Origin: Acidobacteriota bacterium
GTDB lineage: Bacteria > Acidobacteriota > Vicinamibacteria > Vicinamibacterales > UBA2999
Direction of reading: 5' to 3'
NCBI GenBank assembly: GCA_947482665.1
Contig: CANKJK010000006.1
Coordinates: 144,651-208,650, forward strand
DNA length: 64,000 bases
The notes beneath the pieces are model-generated. The model did no database searches and was not told the origin of the DNA. It saw only the letters and a list, made by a program, of their open reading frames with translations. Every line of letters starts with the position of its first letter. Position 1 is the stretch's first letter. A program made the translations under genes and the position numbers. Below are positions 45,863 to 55,119 of this stretch, piece by piece.

Positions 45863-46477
45863 CTAGAGCCCGGGCACGGTCCGCGTGAGCAACTCGCGGA
45901 TCTCGCGGATGGTCTCCACCTGCCACTCGGGATAGAACTGCGGCAGTCGTGCATCGAAATAGCCGGTGACGATCTTCATGCCGTCCGGACCGGGCGCCTT
46001 CAGATTGACCTCGGGATGCGCCGTCGCGAAATCCGCCTTGATGCGGGCAAGGGCCTCGTGTGCCACGGCCGGACGCTCGGTCCAGTGCGCAAGATAGCGG
46101 TGGTCCCGCGTGTAGAACACGGCGACAGGCACAGCCCGGGCGGTGCCGTTCAGCAGGAACTCATTCATGATGTCGGGATTGTCATCGCGCCCGACGACCC
46201 GCATGGTCATGCCCGCCGCCTCGGCCATCGCCGCAAAGACCGGCACGCCCCGATAGACGTCCGGGCACCACGGCTCACCAATCACGAGCATCCGCGCCGG
46301 ACCCTCGGGCAGCGCCGCGGCGCGACGGAAGAACGCGGTGTCGTCCTCCGACAGCGTAAACGTCTTCGCATAGCGGTCGAACTGATCGCGGTTGATGACC
46401 AGCGACGCCAGATAGTCGGCATAGGTCACGGCCTGGTCAAACCGTTCCGGGGTCACAACGCTCGTGGAGGTCGGCAT
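45863..46477 (-). CDS. thioredoxin-fold family protein (monothiol WCPDV site)
   Basis: LVIGEPWCPDVYRGVPVF...VPVAVFY matches the thioredoxin-like beta-alpha-beta core. Start ATG 46477. Confidence 0.55.
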   Translation of the reverse strand: MPTSTSVVTPERFDQAVTYADYLASLVINRDQFDRYAKTFTLSEDDTAFFRRAAALPEGPARMLVIGEPWCPDVYRGVPVFAAMAEAAGMTMRVVGRDDNPDIMNEFLLNGTARAVPVAVFYTRDHRYLAHWTERPAVAHEALARIKADFATAHPEVNLKAPGPDGMKIVTGYFDARLPQFYPEWQVETIREIRELLTRTVPGL

Positions 46478-46565
46478 AGGGCTGATTATGCACGGCCACA
46501 TCAGTCTCCTGCAGCCGCGGCGCCTGCTATGCTCAACGGAGATGTCCATCGAGCAGGAGACCCAG

Positions 46566-47384
46566 ATGCCAGTATCGGGCTCAGGCGTTGGCCCGATCCT
46601 GTGCGCCGTGGATGGTTCGACCCACGCCCAGGCAGTCGCCTACACCGCGGCCGGACTCGCGCTGCAGTTGGAGACCAGCGTCACGCTGGTGCGCGCCGAT
46701 GAGCGCGCCGCCGGGTCCGAGGCGGCACAGCTCCAGGCGCACGCAGAGCTGGAGACATTGGTCAAACAGTCCATGACACGGCCCGCCGGGAATCGAATTC
46801 TGGTGGCGCCCCGCGTGGTAGCGGGCCACCCCGGTGACGTCATCAGGCAGGCTATTGAATCCACGCACCCCTCGATGGTGGTCATGGGGTCGCGAGGACG
46901 CCGCCTGCTGTCGCGGTCGCTCCTGGGCTCGACCGGCCTCGCGCTGCTGCGCGACACCGCGGTGCCACTGGTGCTGGTTCCACCGTCGGATCCCGAAGTG
47001 ATGTCCGTGGTGTCGGCCGGCTCACGGCCGCACGTCGGAGGGATTCTGATTCCCGTGGATTTGAACGGCCCGGCTGATGCACAGCTCCGCCTGGCGGGCC
47101 TCTTCGCACGCGGGGGCAACCCGCGGGTGACGTTACTCCATGCCACCCGCGAGGCTGACCGGGGGCACGCGGAAACGATGCTCAACGGCCTGAAATCGCG
47201 CATCCCGTTCAGTGAATCGGTGGACGTCGTCGTCGTGACTGGCGACGCCACATCGGCAGTGACGAACCTGATCTCGGAGTTCGAGTTCGGTGTGGTGGTG
47301 CTCGGTCGCGACCGGCATCACGCCGGCGCGCTGGCGTCCGAGATCCTCCACAACTCCAACGCCCTGGTGGCGATCGCCCCCTAG
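46566..47384 (+). CDS. tandem universal stress protein (UspA) domains
   Basis: AGGAGA ribosome-binding site. Two USP halves (ILCAVDGS.. / MVVMGSRGRRLLSRSLLGSTG and ILIPVDLNG.. / VVVLGRDRH..GALASEILHNSNALV). Confidence 0.8.
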   Translation: MPVSGSGVGPILCAVDGSTHAQAVAYTAAGLALQLETSVTLVRADERAAGSEAAQLQAHAELETLVKQSMTRPAGNRILVAPRVVAGHPGDVIRQAIESTHPSMVVMGSRGRRLLSRSLLGSTGLALLRDTAVPLVLVPPSDPEVMSVVSAGSRPHVGGILIPVDLNGPADAQLRLAGLFARGGNPRVTLLHATREADRGHAETMLNGLKSRIPFSESVDVVVVTGDATSAVTNLISEFEFGVVVLGRDRHHAGALASEILHNSNALVAIAP

Positions 47385-47432
47385 ACCGGCGGGCTCGCCC
47401 GCCCGCCACGCACGCGTGGCACAATCGACGGC

Positions 47433-48539
47433 GTGTCCCTGATCGACTGGGCCGGCATCGCGTGCCGAGGCATCGTCGGCGCCACCTTCCTCATCGCGGG
47501 CCTTGCCAAGCTGTCGAGCCCCCGCGCCTCCGCCATGGCGGTCGCCGAATTCGGCGCGCCGGCGTTCGCGCGACCTCTTCTGCGCGGTCTCCCTCTCGTG
47601 GAAGTCGCCGTCGCCATTTCGCTCGCGCTGGCGGTCTCCTCCTGGTACGGGGCCTCGGTCGCGGCGGTGCTCCTCGTCATCTTCATTGTCGCGATGCTGG
47701 TCAACCTGGCGCGTGGCCGGCGGCCCGCCTGTAACTGCTTCGGGCAGGTCCGCCCGTCGCCCATCAGCGGCGGCACCGTGGTCCGCAACGTCGTGCTGCT
47801 CGGCCTGGCAGGCTGGCTCATCGCCGCCGGGCCACCCGCACCGTCGGCCGACCTCTGGCACTGGGTTCGCAGCCTGAGCAGCCACGCCCAGCAATCAGCC
47901 GCGCTCGTCAGCGTGGGACTCCTCATCGCGTTGCGCCTGCTCCTGCCAGGCGACGCTGAGGCGGAGCCAGAGCCCGAGGACGACGAGGCCGCGCCAGCCC
48001 CGAGAAGGCCGAGCCCCGCGGCCCCCGCCATGAGTACCGCCGGAGCTGTGCCCGCGGCGACGCCCACGCAATCGGCCAACGCCTCGTCGGGCCGGCGCCT
48101 GACCGGCAACGGCCTGCCAGAGGGCGATGCGGCCCCGGTGTTCGCGCTGCCCGATCTCTCGGGAACCATCCACACGCTCGAAAGCGTCCTGGCACAAGGC
48201 ACGCCCGTCGTGCTGATCTTCAGCAGCCCGGGCTGCGAATCCTGCCAGGCGCTGGCGCCCAGGCTGCCTCCGCTGGTGGCCACGCACCGCGACCGCCTGA
48301 CAATCGTGCTGGTGAGCCGCGACACGGCGGAACGCAACCTGGCCAAGCTCCCGGATCCGGGCGACCTGCTGGTGCTGCGTCAGCAGAATTACGAGGTCGC
48401 GGAGGACTACGACATCACGACGAGTCCCGCGGGCATTCTGGTCGGCACCGATGGCCGAATCGCGAGTCCGTTGGCCTGGGGTGGCGTGGCGATCCTGGAT
48501 TTGATTCGTACGCACGGCGCAGACACCGCCCATGCTTGA
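47433..48539 (+). CDS. MauE/DoxX-type membrane domain fused to TlpA/MauD-like thioredoxin domain
   Basis: N-terminal 4-5 TM region with the conserved CNCFG, a Pro/Ala/Glu-rich linker, and a C-terminal redoxin domain VVLIFSSPGCESCQAL. Confidence 0.7.
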   Translation: MSLIDWAGIACRGIVGATFLIAGLAKLSSPRASAMAVAEFGAPAFARPLLRGLPLVEVAVAISLALAVSSWYGASVAAVLLVIFIVAMLVNLARGRRPACNCFGQVRPSPISGGTVVRNVVLLGLAGWLIAAGPPAPSADLWHWVRSLSSHAQQSAALVSVGLLIALRLLLPGDAEAEPEPEDDEAAPAPRRPSPAAPAMSTAGAVPAATPTQSANASSGRRLTGNGLPEGDAAPVFALPDLSGTIHTLESVLAQGTPVVLIFSSPGCESCQALAPRLPPLVATHRDRLTIVLVSRDTAERNLAKLPDPGDLLVLRQQNYEVAEDYDITTSPAGILVGTDGRIASPLAWGGVAILDLIRTHGADTAHA

Positions 48540-49365
48540 GACCCTGCACGGCGCGGCATCGCGCCTGCTGCAGGCGACCGGGGCCACGAATCCGCTGCGC
48601 CGGCTCTCGCGGCCGATCTCCCGCCGCATTGCGCGGTACTACGACCGCCACGGCGTGCGCACCCTGGTCAATGGCGACTACCTGCGCCTGGATGTCTCCT
48701 GCGGACAGCCCTATGGACGCTTCGCCGCACAGGGCTACGAAGACGCGCTCTATCGGGACTTCGTCGCCCGCATCACCCGCGCGTCACAGGTGCTGGACAT
48801 CGGCGCCTATGTCGGCCTGTTCACCGTCGGCGCGGCGTTGCGCGCGGGTCGAGGCCGCGTGATCGCCTTCGAGCCCACGCCGGCGTCTGCCGCTCTCGTC
48901 CGCCGGCACGCCCTGCTCAACGGCGTGGCAGGCCGCGTCCGCGTGGTCGAGGCCGCCGTCGGCCGCGAGGCTGGCACCACGCAGCTCCATCTGCCCCCCA
49001 ACGCCAATATGGCGTCCCTGGTGCGCGCGAACACGCTCACGCTCAATGCCTGGGACACCTCGGCCGTGCGCGCGCTCACCGTCGCGCTGACTTCGCTCGA
49101 CACGTTCGCCGCGTCGGAGGCCTCTGCACCGGAGGTCGTCAAGATTGATGTGGAGGGCGCCGAACTCGACGTGCTGACCGGCGGGCGGGACATGCTCCTG
49201 CGACACCGGCCGCTCGTGTTCTGCGAGATTCACCCGTCGGAGCTTGCGGGGTTCGGTGCGACGCCTGCTGATGTGCACGCCTTCATGGACAACCTCGGCT
49301 ACCGGGCTCACCCCATCGGCACACCACGCCCGAGCGGGATCTACCACATCCGCTTCGAACCCTAG
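48532..49365 (+). CDS. FkbM-family SAM-dependent methyltransferase
   Basis: VLDIGAYVGLFTV...VIAFEP...LTSLDTF...VKIDVEGAELDVL. It overlaps the upstream gene by 8 nt. Confidence 0.8.
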   Translation: MLETLHGAASRLLQATGATNPLRRLSRPISRRIARYYDRHGVRTLVNGDYLRLDVSCGQPYGRFAAQGYEDALYRDFVARITRASQVLDIGAYVGLFTVGAALRAGRGRVIAFEPTPASAALVRRHALLNGVAGRVRVVEAAVGREAGTTQLHLPPNANMASLVRANTLTLNAWDTSAVRALTVALTSLDTFAASEASAPEVVKIDVEGAELDVLTGGRDMLLRHRPLVFCEIHPSELAGFGATPADVHAFMDNLGYRAHPIGTPRPSGIYHIRFEP

Positions 49366-49393
49366 TCGCCGCACGGCATAATCAACGGACCCG

Positions 49394-50587
49394 ATGCGTC
49401 TCTCGACGGCCCGCGCCACCGCGGCCTGCATCCTGCTCACCGCCCTGGCCCTTGCGGGCGGCGCCTGCTTTAGCCGTCCCGGAGGGCCACACGCCCCGCC
49501 CGGATATCTCGTGGGCGCCTATTACTACCCCTGGTACTACTCGGGCCATTGGGCCTCGCACGACTACGTCGGCAAGCACCTGCCAGAACCGCTGGAGCCG
49601 CAGTTCGGCGAGTACGTCTCGGACGACCCGAAGGTCATCGCGAACCATCTCGACCTCGCGTCGAAGTACGGCATCGATTTCTTCATTCTCAGCTGGTCCC
49701 TGAAGGACAGCTTCGCGGACCTGACGCTGCGGAAGTACGTCCTGCCCGCAATGGCGCAGACAGCGGTCAAGCACGTGGTCTACCTGGAGGTGCCGGCGTA
49801 CAGGAAGCGCGACCTGGGCGACCCGGTGTTCCGACAGCGGCTGTTGGACGACCTCCGGTTTCTCGGCACCGAGTTCCTGTCGCATCCCTCGGCGCTCAGA
49901 ATCAACGGCCGGCCGGTCCTCATCCTCTACGCCTCGCGTGTGCTCACGGGCGACATCCCGGGATTGATGAAGGAGGCTCGGGCCATGTATGCCGGCATGG
50001 GCCTCAACCCGTTCATCATCGCGGACGAAGCCTTCTGGTACCAGCCGGATGTCACCCGGGTCAAGGCCTACGACGCCATCACGTCCTATAACGTCTACGA
50101 CTGGCCGCGCACCGGCGACAAAGGCTACGCGGCCACGTCGGGCTTTCTCGCGGGAGCGGAATCCCTCTTCACGACGTGGCAGGCCGCCACGCGTGCCGCG
50201 GGTACGGCGTTCGTGCCCAACGCGATGCCTGGCTTCAACGACCGCGGCGTCCGGCTCCAGGAGAACCACTTTGTGATTCCACGCCGCCTGAATCCCGAGG
50301 CCTCGCCCACCAGCCTCTTCGAGCGGTCCGTTGATCTGGCAAAGCGATTCGCTGACCCCTCGCTGCGGATGATCACGATTACGAGCTTCAACGAGTGGAA
50401 TGAGTGGACGGCCATCGAGCCGACGCGCAAGGCCGTTACCCGGACGCCACTGCCCAACCCCGAGGCCTACACGCAAGGCTACCCGCACGACGACTTCGGC
50501 ACGGCGTATCTCGAGGTCGTGCGCGATCGGCTTGGCGATGGACGGCCCGCCCCACCCCCTGGCGCCGCGGCCCCGCCTGCGCACTGA
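49394..50587 (+). CDS. glycoside hydrolase family 99-like (endo-alpha-mannosidase-like) secreted protein or lipoprotein
   Basis: Signal peptide with Cys (ALAGGAC), then GAYYYPWY...GEYVSDDPKVIANHLDLASKYGIDFFILSW...ITSFNEWNEWT. Confidence 0.5.
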   Translation: MRLSTARATAACILLTALALAGGACFSRPGGPHAPPGYLVGAYYYPWYYSGHWASHDYVGKHLPEPLEPQFGEYVSDDPKVIANHLDLASKYGIDFFILSWSLKDSFADLTLRKYVLPAMAQTAVKHVVYLEVPAYRKRDLGDPVFRQRLLDDLRFLGTEFLSHPSALRINGRPVLILYASRVLTGDIPGLMKEARAMYAGMGLNPFIIADEAFWYQPDVTRVKAYDAITSYNVYDWPRTGDKGYAATSGFLAGAESLFTTWQAATRAAGTAFVPNAMPGFNDRGVRLQENHFVIPRRLNPEASPTSLFERSVDLAKRFADPSLRMITITSFNEWNEWTAIEPTRKAVTRTPLPNPEAYTQGYPHDDFGTAYLEVVRDRLGDGRPAPPPGAAAPPAH

Positions 50588-50669
50588 GTCAGATGACGCG
50601 GGTCATGCGACACAACACGACGAAGCGCTTGCGCTGAACCCGGCGCCGACCCTCTATAGTCGAACGGAT

Positions 50670-52943
50670 ATGCGCGTCGTTCGGTCCCTGCTCTGCACGC
50701 TGATGCTGGCGTGTGCGGCCACGCCCGCCTGGTCACAGGCGCCAGCGGTCCCAGCGTCTCTGCCTGGTCCGCCCGCCCCGGTGGCGCCTGCCGTGCTGAA
50801 CCGTGACGCCGAGGGCCGCGCCACCGTGCGCGCGGTCCGCACGCCGGTGTCCATCAAGCTGGACGGCAAACTCGACGAGGCGGTCTACCGCGACATCCCG
50901 CCAATCTCGGGATTCATCCAGACCGAGCCTACGGCCGGTGCGCCCTCGACCGAGAAGACCGAGGCGTGGGTCCTCTTTGACGATAAGGCGCTCTATCTCA
51001 GCTTCCGGTGCTGGGAAACCGAAGTCGGCCATCGCGCGGCCAACGAGATGCGACGCGACTCTCTGGCCCTGATCGACAACGACAGTGTGGCTTTTGTCCT
51101 CGACACCTTTCTCGACCACACGAGCGCAGCGTTCTTCCTCGTGAACTCGCTCGGCGGACGCATGGATGGCCAGTTTGCCGGCGCCCAGTACAACGGCGAC
51201 TGGAATCCCGTGTGGGACGCCCGCGCCGGGCAGTTTGAGGGCGGTTGGACAGTCGAGGTCGTGATGCCCTTCAGCTCGCTGCGCTACCCGCAGGGCCGTG
51301 AGCAGACCTGGGGCATCAACCTGCAGCGGACGATCCGGCTGAAGAACGAGCTCTCGTATCTGACGCGTCTCGGCAATGCGCGCGGGCCGTCAGCCATCAG
51401 CCAGTTGAACCAGGAAGGCACGCTGGTCGGACTCGAACTCCCGGAGGCCTCGCCGCATGTCGACGTCAAGCCGTACGCCGCGTCGAGCCTCACCACGGAC
51501 CGCACGGCGCGGCCGCCCTTCAGCAATGACGGCGCGGCCACGGCCGGCCTGGATGTGAAGTACGGCGTCACGCAGAACCTGGCCGCCGACCTGACCGTGA
51601 ACACCGACTTCGCTCAGGTGGAAGCCGACGAGCAGCAGGTGAATCTGACGCGCTTCAGCCTCTTCTTTCCGGAGAAGCGCGATTTCTTCCTCGAGAACCA
51701 GGGCACGTTCAACTTCGGCCTGGGCGGATCGGCGTCTGGGACGAGCGTGTCCTCGACCTCGGACTTCCCCGTCCTCTTCTACAGCCGCCGCATCGGCCTG
51801 CAGCAGGGGCTCGAGGTCCCACTGCGTCTGGGAGGCCGGCTGACCGGACGCGTCGGTAAGTTCGCTCTGGGCGTGATCACGATGCGCACAGGCGAGAGCG
51901 AGGCCCTCCACACACTAGGCACGACGTTCGCTGTGTTTCGACTGAAGCGCGACATCCTCCGTCGGAGCGCGATTGGCGCCATCGCGACCAGCCGGTCCCG
52001 GCAGGAGGGACGCCCCGGCCGGAACGATGTGGCCGGCGCGGACGGACTCTTCTACTTCTACTCGAACCTCTCCATCAACACGCTCTTTGCCCGCAGCATC
52101 TCCACCGACACCGCGGGCACTGGCAACACCTACCGCGGCCAGCTCGACTACTCGGGCGACCGGTACTCCGTACAGGCGGAGCACCTGACGGTCGACCCGT
52201 ACTTCCGGCCCGACACGGGGTTCCTGCGCCGGGCCGACATCCGGAAGAACTACGGCAGTTTCAAGTTCAGCCCCAGACCGAGGAAGCGAAGCCGCGTCCG
52301 GAAGTACTACGCGCAAGCCTCCGTCAACCACATCGAGAATGCGGCCGGCCGCCTCGAACTCCGCGAGGGCACGACCGAAGCGGGCATCGAGTTCCAGGAC
52401 GGCGGGAAGCTTTCCGCGGGCACGCTCAGCACGTATGAATACCTGCCGCGGCCCTTTCCCATCGCCACCGGCATCACCGTGCCGACCGGCGGCTACAGCT
52501 ACGACGTCCTCCGCCTGAGCTACCTGGTGGCGCGCCAGAAGAAGGTGTCCGGTCAGGTCACCCTTGAACGCGGCACGCTCTACGGGGGCGACCGCACCGG
52601 GCTCAGTCTGACCCGGGGGCGGCTCATCGTCTCGCGCCAGCTCTCGGTCGAGCCGTCAGTGACGCTCAATCACGTGGCGCTCACACAGGGCACGTTCACC
52701 AACACGCTCGTCGGGTCGCGCATCACCGACACGCTCTCGCCACGGCTCTTTGTGAGCGCCCTGATCCAGTACAACTCGGGCACGACGAGCCTGGCCAGCA
52801 ACGTCCGCCTGCGGTGGGAGTATCAGCCGGGCAGCGAGCTCTTCGTCGTCTACAACGACGGGCGCGATACGCGCGGCGCGGGCGTTCCCGACCTGCTGAA
52901 CCGGTCGGTCATCGTGAAGCTGAACAAGCTGGTCCGGTTTTAG
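50670..52943 (+). CDS. CBM9/DOMON-like + DUF5916-family protein (paralog of 27427..29610)
   Basis: ATG 50670. Signal peptide MRVVRSLLCTLMLACAATPAWSQ. Blocks SIKLDGKLDEAVYRDIPPISGFIQTEPTAGAPSTE, GLDVKYGVTQNLAADLTVNTDFAQVEADEQQVNLTRF, and C-terminus ..VKLNKLVRF. Confidence 0.6.
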   Translation: MRVVRSLLCTLMLACAATPAWSQAPAVPASLPGPPAPVAPAVLNRDAEGRATVRAVRTPVSIKLDGKLDEAVYRDIPPISGFIQTEPTAGAPSTEKTEAWVLFDDKALYLSFRCWETEVGHRAANEMRRDSLALIDNDSVAFVLDTFLDHTSAAFFLVNSLGGRMDGQFAGAQYNGDWNPVWDARAGQFEGGWTVEVVMPFSSLRYPQGREQTWGINLQRTIRLKNELSYLTRLGNARGPSAISQLNQEGTLVGLELPEASPHVDVKPYAASSLTTDRTARPPFSNDGAATAGLDVKYGVTQNLAADLTVNTDFAQVEADEQQVNLTRFSLFFPEKRDFFLENQGTFNFGLGGSASGTSVSSTSDFPVLFYSRRIGLQQGLEVPLRLGGRLTGRVGKFALGVITMRTGESEALHTLGTTFAVFRLKRDILRRSAIGAIATSRSRQEGRPGRNDVAGADGLFYFYSNLSINTLFARSISTDTAGTGNTYRGQLDYSGDRYSVQAEHLTVDPYFRPDTGFLRRADIRKNYGSFKFSPRPRKRSRVRKYYAQASVNHIENAAGRLELREGTTEAGIEFQDGGKLSAGTLSTYEYLPRPFPIATGITVPTGGYSYDVLRLSYLVARQKKVSGQVTLERGTLYGGDRTGLSLTRGRLIVSRQLSVEPSVTLNHVALTQGTFTNTLVGSRITDTLSPRLFVSALIQYNSGTTSLASNVRLRWEYQPGSELFVVYNDGRDTRGAGVPDLLNRSVIVKLNKLVRF

Positions 52944-53033
52944 GGGTTCGAGGGCGCCGCGGGGCAGTTGTAACGCAGTCGTAACATCAGGGATACGGCC
53001 GTGAAACGCGCGGGCGTTACAACGTATTCACAC

Positions 53034-54152
53034 ATGCGACAGCGCCGGATCGTCCTCGCGTTCCTCATCCTCGGTCTCGCTCACACCGCCTCGGCCCAGA
53101 AGGCCCACGCCAGCGTCTACGACAAGGCCTGGAAGCGGGTGACGGACCTCTACGTGAACGACAAGAACCCCGTCGTGGAGAAGGTCCTCTTTACGGGCCG
53201 GTTCCAGTACGACTTCAACCTGCTCGATGCCGACCAGGGGCACCGCACGGAGCACAACGTCCGCCGGATGCGCGTCGGGCCAAAGATCACGTTCCTGCAC
53301 ACCTGGACCCTCCACGTGGAGGCGGACCTGAATCCCCAGGAGCACGACCCGTTCTATGCGCGCCTGACCGACGCCTACGTGCAGTGGAGCCGCAATCCTA
53401 AAGCGGTGGTGACGCTCGGCAAGCACGGGGTCGCGTTCACGATGGACGGCGCCACATCGTCCAAGGAATTGCTGACCATCGACCGCAGCAATCTGGCGAA
53501 CAACATCTGGTTTCCCCAGGAGTACATCCCCGGGGCGAGCGTCTCCGGCAAGGTGAACCAGTGGACCTATCGCGGGGGCTTCTACTCCGCCGGCACCGCC
53601 AACCGGGAGCTCGGGCGGTTTGACGGGAGCGTCTTCTACCTGGCATCCGGCGGCTACGACTTCAAGAAGCCACTCAAGGCCAAGGAGGCGCTGCTGTCCG
53701 TGAGCTACGTCCACCAGCCGGCGAACACGCACAATACCTTCACCCGCCAGCTCGAGGACGTCGTCTCCACCAACTTCAAGTTCGAGCGCAAGACCTGGGG
53801 CCTCCGCGCGGATGTCGCGGCCGCCTCAGGGTATCTGGGGCAGGGCGGACTGCGCAGCATGATGGTGATGCCGTTCTACAACCTGACGCCGAAGCTGCAG
53901 GGCGTGGCGCGCTACACCTACATCTCGAGCCCCGTGGCCAACGGTGTACGCCTGGCGACCTACGAGACACGCCTCGCCTCCGGGCGCGGCGACCGGTACC
54001 AGGAGACGTATGTGGGCGCGAACTACTTCGTCTACGGCCACAAGCTCAAGCTGCAGACGGGGCTCCAGTGGACGGATCTGAAGGACCACACGCGCGGCCG
54101 CTCCATCTTCGACGGCTTCTCCTGGACGTCTGGACTTCGGGTCGGCTGGTAG
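53034..54152 (+). CDS. phosphate-selective porin O/P (OprO/OprP) family porin
   Basis: Signal peptide ..LAHTASAQ. Beta-strand-rich sequence with ..GANYFVYGHKLKLQTGLQW..., ending ..GLRVGW. Confidence 0.6.
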   Translation: MRQRRIVLAFLILGLAHTASAQKAHASVYDKAWKRVTDLYVNDKNPVVEKVLFTGRFQYDFNLLDADQGHRTEHNVRRMRVGPKITFLHTWTLHVEADLNPQEHDPFYARLTDAYVQWSRNPKAVVTLGKHGVAFTMDGATSSKELLTIDRSNLANNIWFPQEYIPGASVSGKVNQWTYRGGFYSAGTANRELGRFDGSVFYLASGGYDFKKPLKAKEALLSVSYVHQPANTHNTFTRQLEDVVSTNFKFERKTWGLRADVAAASGYLGQGGLRSMMVMPFYNLTPKLQGVARYTYISSPVANGVRLATYETRLASGRGDRYQETYVGANYFVYGHKLKLQTGLQWTDLKDHTRGRSIFDGFSWTSGLRVGW

Positions 54153-54191
54153 TCGCCGGCGAATCGGACCACGGGCTGAGCAGGCGGGTCG

Positions 54192-54200
54192 TGTTACAAT
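54192..54200 (+). promoter_or_regulatory. extended -10 element (TGTTACAAT) upstream of tRNA-Leu
   Basis: TGnTAcAAT lies 35 nt upstream of the tRNA 5' end. I found no convincing -35 element. Confidence 0.35.
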
Positions 54201-54234
54201 CTAAACTTTCCTGCTCGGAACGGTCCTCCCACGT

Positions 54235-54321
54235 GCGGAAGTGGCGGAATTGGCAGACGCGCTAGCCTCAGGAGCTAGTGGGGGCAACCCCATGAAGGTT
54301 CGAGTCCTTTCTTCCGCACCA
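54235..54321 (+). tRNA. tRNA-Leu (anticodon CAG), long variable arm, CCA encoded
   Basis: Acceptor GCGGAAG/CTTCCGC, anticodon stem CTAGC/GCTAG with loop CTCAGGA, variable arm GTGGGGGCAACCCCAT, T arm GAAGG-TTCGAGT-CCTTT, then A-CCA. Confidence 0.93.
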
Positions 54322-54342
54322 CTCATCAGTCATCCCAGGTAA

Positions 54343-55119
54343 ATGCCACCGGGACAACCCGGGCGGCCCCAGGCACCCGGGACTCGCCCTCTCAAGACAC
54401 TGGAACGCGTGATCTCGAAGTCCGGCCTGGGTTCGCGGACCGAGGCGCGGTCCTGGATCCACGCGGGTCGCGTACGCGTCAATGGCCGGGTCACCGAGAA
54501 TCCGGACCAGTGGGTCGACCTGGTCCTCGACGTCGTGCTCTTTGACGACAGGCCGCTGGCGAAACGGGAGCACGTCTACGTACTCCTCTACAAGCCGACC
54601 GGCTACATCACCACCTACAAGGATCCCGAGGGCCGGCCCACGGTCTACGACCTGCTGGCCGATGTCGACACGTTCGTCGCGCCCGTCGGCCGGCTCGACC
54701 TCGACACGTCAGGGCTGCTGCTCCTGACCAACGACACACAGCTGACCGAGCGCATCACCAACCCGGACTCCCATGTGCCGAAGACCTATCTGGTCAAGGC
54801 GTCGATGCGGCTCTCCGATGAACAGCTCCAGCAGCTGCGGGATGGAGTGCTGCTCAGCGACGGCCCGACGCGGCCCGCCGAGGTCACCCGCGTACGGGAC
54901 TCCGGCAAGTACACGCACCTGGAAATCACGCTCACGGAAGGCCGCTACCGCCAGGTGCGCCGCATGATCGAGGCGCTCGGCGCCGTGGCCCTCAAGCTGG
55001 TCAGGCTGCGCATCGGATCGCTGCGCATCGGTGCCTTGCCCATCGGGCACTGGCGGCCGCTGACGGCGCGCGAGGTCAGCCAGCTCCGAGGCGAGACGGC
55101 GGCGCCGCCTCAGCGCTGA
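54343..55119 (+). CDS. S4-domain pseudouridine synthase (RsuA/RluB/RluF family)
   Basis: S4 domain (LERVISKSGLGSRTEARSWIHAGRVRVNG) and catalytic motif VGRLDLDTSGLLLLTND. Confidence 0.85.
   Translation: MPPGQPGRPQAPGTRPLKTLERVISKSGLGSRTEARSWIHAGRVRVNGRVTENPDQWVDLVLDVVLFDDRPLAKREHVYVLLYKPTGYITTYKDPEGRPTVYDLLADVDTFVAPVGRLDLDTSGLLLLTNDTQLTERITNPDSHVPKTYLVKASMRLSDEQLQQLRDGVLLSDGPTRPAEVTRVRDSGKYTHLEITLTEGRYRQVRRMIEALGAVALKLVRLRIGSLRIGALPIGHWRPLTAREVSQLRGETAAPPQR

Noticed and set aside
54268-54573. A 101-aa minus-strand ORF overlapping tRNA-Leu and the pseudouridine synthase start.
   Set aside because: It overlaps a well-folded tRNA and the 5' end of a gene with clear S4 and RluB-type motifs. It has no features of its own.
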